In this document: in pieces, positions 50,619 to 61,459 of the stretch
Layout: each line of letters begins with the position of its first letter
How positions within the stretch are numbered: the stretch's first letter is position 1
Assembly (NCBI GenBank): GCA_905178155.1
Contig: CAJINV010000001.1
Span: 10,259,432 to 10,323,431 of the forward strand
Length of the DNA stretch: 64,000 nucleotides
Source: Amoebophrya sp. A120
Lineage: Eukaryota > Protista > Dinoflagellata
Direction: 5' to 3'
The notes under the pieces: generated by a model
Database searches by the model: none
What the model saw: only the letters and a program-made list of their open reading frames with translations
What the model was told of the DNA's origin: nothing
Translations under genes and position numbers: made by a program

Positions 50619-53600
50619 ATGGATTTTCTACGCAAGATGGTTGACGAAGAGAACAAAGGGGAGCAGACCCCCGGGCAGATGAGCACGCCGAAAGGCGCCA
50701 GTCAGGACGGCACGACCACGCCTTCTGGGTCTCTGCTCAGTTTGGCCACGCATGCTGGATCGAATCTGTTCGCTGCGGGAAGCAGCGTACTCGATGCAGC
50801 AAAACAGTTGTCAACCGAATTGCAGGACGGGCAAAACGACGACGGCGGCAACGACGACATGAGAGCCGTCGTGGTGTTGAAAAACCAGCTGGATGAGTTG
50901 ACAACGAAGTACGCTATTCTCCAGGAGGAGAGGAATCAGTTGTTGCAAGAAGGCAGGGCGCCGCCACCACCACCCCCCACTGCGAACGGGCATCAGCTGC
51001 CGAGTGGAGATCTTGCTACCGCGACCGCGGAGATCGCGCGCCTGCAGGCGGAAAAGGAGCAAATAGCGGCGACGGAGCGCGATGCGGTCAGGAAAGAAAT
51101 GCAGGCAAAGTTTGAGGAAGCAAAAAAAAGTCTGCAGGAGCGCGTGCAGCAAATGAAAACACAAATGGTGGCGAAGTTCGATGAAGAGAAGGGAGCACTG
51201 CAAACCAGGATACAACAATTAGAAAGCGAGAAAACGACCGCTGCAAGCGGTGCAGCGAGCCTACCTGGCGGAGATAGTACTGCTGTCGATGCAGCAACGC
51301 AGGAAAAGCTTGCGGCACTGGAGCAGGAGCGCGACAAGCTGCAGCAAGAGGTCGGGGAAATAGAAACGCGGGTGCGAAAGGAAAACGCGGAGAAGTTTCA
51401 GGAGGCAAAGAAATCTCTGCAAGACCGCTTTGAACAAATGAAGGAGCAGATGCGAGAGAGGCTGGAGCAGGAAAAACAAAAGGCATCGGAGGAAGCTGAA
51501 TCGAAGTACTTACTGAGTTTCTGTTCATCCTTGTCAAGCTTTTTTCTGATCCGAATTTGAATTTCATTAATTTTGATCTAGCTCCACCAGACGAGACTTG
51601 CTTCGGGAGCTTGCTGCTAGTGCCTGTGTCTGTGTGTGCGATGTGTGTCTAGTACTAGAGGTGAAAAAATCGATACAAAACTACAACCGCCAGGTTTCAG
51701 TCCCAAATCGCCGAACTGGAGGCAAAGCTCGCTGAGAGTGCTGTGGCCCCGGCCGCTGCGCCGCCACCAGCACCTCCTACCGAGCCAGACCCGGCACTCC
51801 TTGCACGCTGTGAGCAAGCAGAAGCGGAGGCAAAGGAACGGCAGGAAAAGATTGAGAAGTACCAGGAGAAGATGCAGGTACTAAAAGAGGCGTTTCAGAA
51901 ACAGCGGGAAACCCAAGTAAGCGTGGAGCAGGAGCGGGACGACGCTGTCAAGAAACTCGAAGAAGCTACCGCGGCCGCCGCACAAGCCGCAGAAGCCGCA
52001 GCAACCTCCAGCTCCAGCAGTAGTGCAGAGGCGGCAGCGAACTTGGAAGCGGCTTTAGCAGCTGCCCGTGCGGAGTTCGAAACGCAAAAACAGCAGCTGG
52101 AAACGGAAAAGCAGCAGGTCATTACAGAGAAAACAGACATCGAGATCAAACTTGCCACACTTGCCGCCGAAGCGGAAGCTTCCGTCGAAAAGATCAAGGC
52201 CGAACTCACGGCAGAAGTTGAGGAGTTGCGAACAGAAAAAGCGTCGCTCCAGGAGCAAGCCGGGACTGCGCAAGTCGAGTTGCAAAAGTCAGTAGAAAGC
52301 CTGGAAGCGGAAAAAGCTAATCTACAGGAGAAGCTCGACGCCTCCAACAAGGACGCCGTCTTTTTTGAGCAGCAAGTCGCAGATCTCCGCGAAAACAAAG
52401 TAACTTTTGTCTTAAAGGTGAATGAATTTCAATTTGCACCCGTGCCTCCGCTTTTTCCTTTTTGAAAAACGTCCTTTCTGCTACTTACTGGCAGTCGCTG
52501 TCGGGAGGGTCATACCGCTTCCACTCATACCTCATAGAAGACAAAGAAACAAATTATATGAAAATCAATATCTAAACAGTCACAGTCCCTTCTTGGATTG
52601 AAGAGTCAACTGATTTACATGACAAGGTATCAAGCCAGCAACTGGAACTGTTTCAGACGGAGATAAAAGATCTCCAGTCGAAGCTTACCACCGCGGAGGA
52701 ATCTCGTGCCGCCTCGCAAAAAGAGTTGCAGCTGCTGCAGCACACGCACGACACGATCCTGGCGAAGGAACGAGAAAACGACCACGTGTTGATCTTCCAA
52801 CAAGAGATACAGACCCTGCAGCAGAAACTCCGATCGGAGCAAGAAGCACGGCACACGCTGGAAGACACGCTTTCCATGCACCAGGCAGAGAAGGAAGTCA
52901 ATGACAAGCTGCAGAGCCAGTTGTTCTTGCTGCAGGAAGAGTTCCGAAAGGAGACCGAGCAGCGAGTAGCGCTGGAACAACGCCTGAAAGATTCCGCCGC
53001 CGGCTCTACCGCATCGGCAGAGAGCAGTAGCACGAGTAAGGAGACCGACGGGGAAGACGGTAGTGCCACTATAACTGCACCGAGTATAACAACAGCTCCG
53101 GCTCAGGCGGGCGGCGCACCTGCACCTGAAGAGAGTGCAACTGCAGGAGGTCCTTCGGCAGAAGAGGTTGCAGCTGCGACAGCGGCACTGCAGGAAGAGA
53201 TCGCCGGCTTGAAGCAGCAAATAGCGACACTCGAGGGGCAAGTGGCGACGGAGAAGCAAGCAGCCGCCGACCTGGAGAAGTCGTTGCAAGCCGCAAACGC
53301 TGAGGCTGCGGAGCGCTGCAAGTCGTTGGAACAACAAAACGCGGAGTTGCAGGAGTCAAGTTTCGATTGGAAAATCAAGGCTGAAGCGTTGCAAGCGGAG
53401 GCTGCCGCGAGCACGGCGGAAAAGGAATTGCTGACCGCAAATGCGGTAGAGCTGGAGGCAAAACTCGCATCGCTGGAATCGGGAAACAGCGATCAGTTGG
53501 GGTTGCTGAAAGAAGAACTCGAAAAGAAGGAAACCGCTCTGGAAACTCTGAAATTAGAGTTGAGCGAGGCGAAAACGGAAGTGGGCGCGAGCACGGCGGA

Positions 53601-56368
53601 AAAAGAACTGCTGACCGCCAAAGCTTATGGATTGCAAAAATGTCTGGGTCTGGAAGAAAGCGAGATCTGTCATGCAGTTTTTGCCTGACCCAGATCGTCT
53701 CCTGGCATGCAAGCTCTAGCATCACAGATTTTAAGCACTTATTCCAATGCCTAATCCGCATGACAAATCCTCTCTCTCGGAAACAAGAAATGGGGCTTTT
53801 TGCTAGCCATGCATGACTGATTTTATCATGATGTAGACATGATCGCATCACAAATTCGAATCCTTCCCGACCCAGACATTTTTGCATTTGATAAAGCTGC
53901 AGAGCTGGAAGCAAAACTCGCATCGCTGGAATCGGGAAGCAGCGATCAGTTGGGGTTGCTGAAAGAAGAACTAGAAAAGAAGGAAACCGCCCTGGAAACT
54001 CTGAAATTAGAGTTGAGCGAGGCGAAAACGGAAGTGGGCGAGCAGGGTACGGAAATGAAAAGGCAATTAGAGGCGCTTGCCGCCGAGAAACAGGCTCTGC
54101 AGCAAACGTTTGACGACACGCTAGAGGCGGAAAAGAGTCGGTGCGCGGAGGAGCAAAAAAGGCTCGAGGAGCAACTGGGTGCAGTTACAGCGCAACTAGA
54201 GGCGTCGGAGATGGAAAACAAGCAGAAGCTCGACGCACTCACGGAGCAGCACAATGCGACCGTCCAGACGAAGGAACAAGAGTGCGCTACCCTGCAACAG
54301 GAGGTAGAGACGCTGCGGCAGGCCGCCAACGGTGTCAGCGAGGCCGCGGTGGAAGCCAGTAAAGTTAGAGAGGAGTGCGAAGGGAAGTTCAAGGAAGAAA
54401 AACAGAAAATCCGGGAAGAATTCGAGTCGAGGCTGGAAAAGAAGCTGCAGTCCGTCGTAGAGGACTTCGAAAAAAAGCAAGCGGATCTGGAAGCAAAGCA
54501 CTCCGCAAAGGTACTTAAGTACTTGTTACTTTCACTGCACGAAGGGTGAGTGGCTTTTTTGAAGATTGATTTGCACATAAGTAGAAATGAGTCCGAAGAG
54601 GAAAAGATTTTTGACATTTTTGATTTAGCAAAAAATCAAATGAAATTCAAAATTTCTCTACCCAACAGGACACGGAATCCGCTGCCAAGTGGGATGAGGA
54701 AAAGCAGAAGTTTGTGAAGAAATTCCAGGACAAGTGGGCCTTCGAGCGGAGCGAGTTTGATCGCGACAAAGCTTCGTGGAACGCGGAAAGGCAGAAGTTC
54801 GCGACTGACATGCAGAAGCAGCGGGACACGTTTGCGGACAAAGTCGTGCAGATTGAGGCGCAGTACTGATTTTTCTATGTGACTTTAACTTTGTTTTGCG
54901 AAGATCCAAGAAAACGCTTGCAAGAGCCCTATAAACAGAATTTCTGGAGGTCACGGTCGCCTGCCCCCTTTCTTTTGTCTTTTCCTTGATCACTCTTTAC
55001 TTCTTCAAACTCCACCATTTTTTGTTCCTTCAACTCCTGACAGGTATCAGCAGCAAATCGCCGCACTCGAGCAGTCGATTCAGGACGACAGCAAGACAAA
55101 AGGCGACGAGATTCAACACCTGCAGAAGTGCCAGTCGCTCCAGACAAAGGAATTGGAGGAGGAGCTGCTGCAGGCGCGGAATCAGCTGAAGGAGCGGGAA
55201 AAGGAATCGCAGCAGTTTGCAGCGGACCGGGCGCAAACGGTGGAGTTGAAAGAGCAACTGGAACAGAGTTCCGGGACCATCACCGAGCTGCGAAAGCGCA
55301 TCAGCGACAAAGAGAAGGAATTTCACGAACAACTGCGGGACGCGCACGACAAGGCGCAGAAAGCCTCACTGTACAGATGACAACTCTTGTGTTTTCCACT
55401 GTGATCATGACCACTTTCTGGTATGCATTATCGCGGCTTTTCTTATAGATGATAACCAAAAGTACCAGCGTGTAGAGGAATACGAATACCGTATGAGAGA
55501 GCATCACTGAACAAGTTCATGATCAAGCTCCTCATGCTCATTGTTCATCACGACGATTTTACGCAGAAGTCTATTTCTGTTCAAATCTCACGACAGACTG
55601 ACGCGCGAGAACGAGGAGCTGCGCAAGGAGGCTGAAGAAGAAGGCCAAAAGTACCACCGGTTGATGCAGGGCATTGTGGAAGCGCAGGAGCAGCGCGTTC
55701 GCCTGGAAACGTTACTAGAGCAAGAGAAATCGAAGCACCGGGAGGCGGTGGAAACGAGCAACGACCACCTGCAGCAGGAATTCGACGCGCAAATGAAGCA
55801 ACTGAAGGATACCCACCAGCAGAAGCACCGGGACCTGGAGTTGCAGAAGCAGAAACTGGAATACGAAAGCGCGAACTACCAAAAGGAGATCGAGCGCCAG
55901 CAGCAGGTCATTGACGCGAAAAGCAAGGAAATCCGGATGAAAGACAAAGAGCTCGCGCAGAACGCAGCCAGTGGCAGTGTGATCAAGCCCTTAGTGGACC
56001 CAACGGCAAGCACAACGGGGAACAAACAAAACTCACCAACGATCCAACACGCCCTGGAAATCGATCACTTGAGGAAGAAACTTGCGGACCAAACGAAACG
56101 GATAGAGGTTTTGGTGTGTGAAAAATCCGCTTTGAATCTTGAAATCCAGAACATGTCGCGCCGGATAGATTTGGAATCGCTCGGGGCGGAGTTCCGCGAG
56201 TTCGCGCCGCGCAAGGTGCACGCTGGGATAATCAAATTCGACGAGTTGTGCCAACAGGGTTTGGTATACATCCAGAAAACGCCAAATGTGCGGGTGTGCA
56301 TCTTCGCTTACCTGCTTGTGGCGCTCGTGCTCAATGTCCTCATGTGCGGCCGCTTTCTACTATTCTGA
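50619..56368 (+). CDS. Golgin-84/CASP-like long coiled-coil, tail-anchored protein, with five GT-AG introns and one TIR-introner
   Basis: Extended heptad E/K/Q/L sequence. KKLADQTKRIEVLVCEKSALNLE, then a C-terminal TM PNVRVCIFAYLLVALVLNVLM. Confidence 0.72.
53407..54039 (+). repeat. 180-nt (60-aa) in-frame tandem duplication; copy 2 carries the introner
   Basis: ASTAEKELLTA.A.ELEAKLASLESG.SDQLGLLKEELEKKETALETLKLELSEAKTEVG starts at 53407 and 53587. Confidence 0.92.
53626..53893. mobile_element. TIR introner family A (diverged), TSD AAGCT
   Basis: TATGGATTGCAAAAATGTCTGGGTCTGGAAG ... CTTCCCGACCCAGACATTTTTGCATTTGATA. AAGCT at 53621-25 and 53894-98. In-frame stop at 53686-88. Confidence 0.92.
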
Positions 56369-57514
56369 CTCTGAGAACAAATCGGTGTAGTTGGTACGTA
56401 GCTACCCTCTAGAGACAATTCTTTTTGTCCAATCCCCGTCCCCAGACAAACACAAACTCAAACAAACGCAAGCGACGCCTTAAGTTGAAGACCCTTCATC
56501 TACCCTGAAATCAATGTGACCCATAACCTTCGTTCTCCCCGCGATACAACAAGCTCTACCCTGGAGATACCCTTGATGATGTATGAAAGCCAAGCCGGCA
56601 CTAGCGACGCAATTTGTAGTACCAAGTACCGCTTGTAAGACTGAAACTACAAGGAGGTGAAACAAATACGACAGAAGTATCTATGCGCAAGGCAGATCGT
56701 GCCGGCTGCAAACGTAATTGAAAAAACTTTCTTCGTGCGTCGCGTTTTTGTTCCTCTCGTTTTCGTTCTCTTTGTCGTTGCAGTTTCCAGCTGTGTGCTT
56801 GTGCTAGCATCACCCAATTTCGTCCATCTCGTGGCCCCATGAGTGTTATCTTGGTTGTTTCCCAGACAAGAACCAGACAATTTTACTTGAAGACAGTAGA
56901 AAGAGAGAATTATAAAGCAAAGCGAAAGCGGAAAAAAGTGAGTTCAAAAATCGAACGTGACAGACACGAAGGAAAGTGAAAAAATTCGGTCCTCGTTCGT
57001 GCACATATTCACAGCGATATCTTCGCATTTCGATTCGGAAAATCGGTACGTCCTGGCAATGTAAAGCATCGCTCTTGAGAAACGGAGACCCAAAGTGAAG
57101 AATCTCGGTACGTACACCAGTACTAGCTACCTGCTGGACCTCGTCTTCGTTCTCAAGCAAACACGACGTACAGACGAGCACGAGAGTTCGTCTCTCGCGC
57201 TGGCGCATTCACAGTCGTAGGAACTAAAGAATCGCAACTGCAGAATCCCTCACTGTCACTCTTCAAACCACAGCACCCAGCCACCACTCTGAAACCTTGT
57301 GTGTAAAAAAACTTTCTACGTCAGTACCAAAATAGCCGAGGAGACTGAAAATCGATAACGTAAACGTTCGATCTTCGGAGCGAGAAATTAACGTCTAGTG
57401 TAGTACTTCGAAGTAACTGCTACACCAAAAATTCTTCAAGAAAAAAATCAAGCCACTCGAGCGTCGAAACTTGCAAGCGATTTTTGACCACCAGTAGAGC
57501 AAGCCACTGCCAAG

Positions 57515-59584
57515 ATGGGGGACGAAATGGACGAGAAGAAGATGGACCTGAGCAATCTGCTCGGGGCCCTGCGGGTGAACTCCCTGAAAGCCGCGATTTC
57601 GTCGGCACCCATGGAAAAGAGGGAAAAGAAGAAACTCGTCATCCCCGACTCCTTGCGAAAAACGGAAGCGTATTTAGTGTTTGCTTCATCCAGCATAAAG
57701 ATTAAAGATTTGTTTTGAGTTTTCTTTTTCGATGGTGGTAGTTTCGTCAGCTTTGATCAATGGGGAGAGTGGACGTTATATATGAAGTTGAAGTTGAACT
57801 CTACTTTACTCGACTGAATGAATCTGAAATTTGAAATTAACTGATCACAACAGCCTTCCGTTCTCGCCGAGAAAGCCCTTTCCACAGTGGAGCCCGCGGA
57901 CCGTGGCACAGCAGACGCTGGAATACATCGGACAGGAGGAGGACACGTCACCACTCCGCAAACTCTGCCGCGACTCCGTCGAAAAAGTCATCCCCTGCAG
58001 GGCGATCGTATTCAGACTTTCTGATGTAGTTTTCGATGATGCACGGTAATGCTAGGCAATCTATAAATTCATGACGATGTTGTAGTTGAAGATGAAGATG
58101 AATAACTACGCATCCGATCATGAAACTTGTGGTCATGGGGTTTCAACGACAAACGTAACGACCACCTAAAACACACACCGCGTTAACAAAACAGGTCCAC
58201 CACATCGATGTCGACCCGATGAAAGTGAAGAAGAGCAAGGGCGAAACAACACTGCACAACGTCACAACGTAATGAAATTCCAGTTTGCTTTTGACATTTC
58301 ATGAAACTTGCAAATGGAGTTACTTCTTTTCTTCTTCAGTACAAAGAAGAACCAACTTGAATTTTCTTCTTCGTTCGTCTTTCTCTTTGTCTTTCACCTG
58401 TACTACTTTCATATCTTCAACTAAACACCAAAACACAAACAGGGTAAATCGAAGGACGCAGCGCGCTATGACAGCGGAGGAGGTTGCCGAGAACTGCGAA
58501 AAGAGCATAACATTCTTTCAGCAAGCACGGGAAACCAACCAAAAGATGGTATTGCGTGTTGTTTGTTTTTCAATTGCTTTCAATGAATATGAAACCCACA
58601 CGCAATTCTATTTCTTTCGAATGAACAAACCCAACCGCAAGCTGACTACGGGTACGAAACCCCTACAACACCCCTAGTGTCACTAGAAGATTTTCATATC
58701 CAACTTCTGAGAAGACTATACTACTCGGATCCGTATTGCCCACTCGCGTCTCCAGTCAACGATGAATAAGAATACCACTCCCAGCAGCCCTTCCCATAGA
58801 CATAGTCCTAAATTAATACTATCATGCTACCAAGAAGATACATAGACCCATTTGTCAAAACTAGCAGGCACTCTCCCCATTGAATTTTCAAACAGGAAGA
58901 GCTGTATCCGGGGGGCATGTTTCCGAAGAAGGGAAGTGCGTGGGCCAAGATGAGAGAAAAATCGAAGATGCGTGGCAAATTGGCAATGGGGTTTCCGATC
59001 CCCGAAGGCGACAAGGAGAAAAAGAGCGACGATGAGTGAAATGTCGAATCGATGCTGATGTAGCTCCCAAATCGAACTTAGACATTCAGAATGACTAAGG
59101 CGCTTTTCTTCTCGCAAAATAATTCCAAGAAAGGAACGTCAGTTGCAATAGACAAGCAATCTTTTCATTGAGTTAGTAGACATTCAATCATGCTTGAAAA
59201 AAATTTTCGTTTCCCCGAAGTTTCAAATCACATAAATTTGAGAAGTGCACCCAGTTTCCGTAGTTTCTGTAAGTTTAGCAGGTAGCCCCTGTAGTCCAAA
59301 CCTTCTGATTACTTTTTTCGTAAGCATGCTCAAATGCCATAATTTTTGAGCAGTGGAAGTACCCCTTGTTTGTTACTGCTTCTGACCATATTTAGAAAAA
59401 ATGCACATGCATTGAAGAACCTCTTTCTCACTGTACATTTGTGCATGACCACAGCATGGAGCTTGAACAATTCAATTTGAAAGCAACCAACAAATCCAAA
59501 ACAAACTCACAGCAAAAGGACGCGAAGCGCGGGACCGCGTGGAGCAAGCTGCGGAAGAAGTTTCAGCAAAACACTCTGAATTAA
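57515..59584 (+). CDS. Small basic multi-exon hypothetical protein
   Basis: Short GC-richer exons at ~57515, 57854, 58195, 58443, 58896 and ~59514 joined by GT-AG introns. Phase of the last junction unresolved. Confidence 0.5.
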
Positions 59585-61459
59585 GCGGAAAAAACCACAA
59601 CATCTTTAGCACGCCACGGCTCTACTTGTAGTAGATCTTGATGCTCCACCTCTTGTGTTTGAATATCTTCTCCTCTGCTGCTGCTTTTTGAGCTTTTTCT
59701 ATACACAGTACGTGACAGCACTACGATCATTATCACCGCCGCGAATCCATTAGAAGGACACTACAGTCGTTTTTTTTGCCCAAAAAAGAAAAGAAATGAT
59801 GTTGCATTAGATGGAGTGCTGGAAAAAACATATCCTTCTGTCCTCTGTAAAAGTTCATAGCATGCACATCATGCTTTTCGGTCGATTAGAGATCATCGTT
59901 TACATGTGCCGCTCGTGAGAAAAATCTCATGCAATTACAAGGGGAAGAATCACATCAGGTGTCGACCTTTCGACTCTAAAGATTCCTTGATGCTGTTGTA
60001 CACCTACTACCTGCGTCCAAACCCTGCTCGATGAGACACGGTAGGGCAACTGTGTTGATTCTTATCTTTCTCAAAAACTTGCAGGTTCCCGTTCTTCCCC
60101 GCTTAGTAGGTTGTACCAGCATGGCGTTGAATTAGAACCGCTTAGTTTTCATGCCACTACGTCTACTTCACGTTCACCCCTTCGCATAGATTTTCCCCAC
60201 GCCAACTTTCGCACCGCGCATTTTTCAGTTTTCCCCGGCCTGAAACTAACCGCCCGTTTCATCGACATATCGCTTTGCAGGTGCTTCATTCGTTGTAGTG
60301 ACAGTGCACTCTTTTGAATACGATACTACGACTTGCCTCGCGCTCGCTCGCATTTTTTGACTACGCTCTCTGGTAATTGTACTACGACTCGCCTACTGCA
60401 GCTACGGCTTGTTGTTGAGTAGGGCAAGCTTCAACTCAGACCTAGTAGCTCGGCTACTGTTTTGTTGTTTAAAGTAAGTCTTTGGGCAACATGCAGAGCC
60501 AGAGGAGTTTAGTATGCGAACGGAGCGGAATCAAAATTCCTATTCCAATTCCTTGATGAAGAGCTGCTAGCTTATCTTGAAGCTCGAAACTACGCAACGC
60601 GAATTTCATGAGAGTGAACGACCTGTGAAAACGGATTCTTGCCGGTGGTTTCTGAACCTTGGATAAGTGTGCAATGCAACAAAGAAGGCCTCCTGAATGA
60701 CAAAGCCCGCTTCTCCTGCTAGCTGTAAGATTTGTACAATTTGCTTTTGTTTTACTAAAAAATGTACCTCACGAAGAACCACCGGCAGCATTAAATTGTG
60801 TCACCATATGAATGAAATTTGAGAAGAATCATAGAGCCTACATACGTCCCAGCGCGAGGGCTTTTGGAATCAATTAGCTCTCGTTCTGGTCGTGCCTCTC
60901 CAGCTTTCAGTCCTTGAATCCTAATTTTCTCCTTAGAATACGAGCGCTTTTACGTATACACTTACATAGTGCTTCTGATTGGTTATCATATTAATCATGC
61001 TGTATCATCTAGTAGTCGACGATATCGAAGAATATGAGAGCATCGTAGTGACAGTGAAAGCAAAGGTTGATCGCAACTGCAGCTGTTGCAGCTTGTGATT
61101 GGCAACGAACTGCATCTCTTTTGTGAGGAGCGCACCCATCTATTCCAGCAGGTGACTCGACAAGGAGAGAAGCAGAGAGATTGAATGGGAGCGCTAGTTT
61201 TGGGCCGATATTGATGCTTCTTTACATGAGAAGAAGTGCTCTTTTTGCTTTTATCTCGTAAAAAGTGCTGGTTTACTCCTTGGAAAAATATCAACAAGCT
61301 ATCTAAGAAGATGTTAAACCAATCTCGACGTATTGCGACATGGTTTTTTAGCTCTTCTATCTCGACGCAGATTTTCACACTTCATCAAGTCTTTTGCCCC
61401 GCAAGCAGGCCTTTATTTGATGCCCTTACTTCAACCGGGAATGAAAATTATGCAATGCG

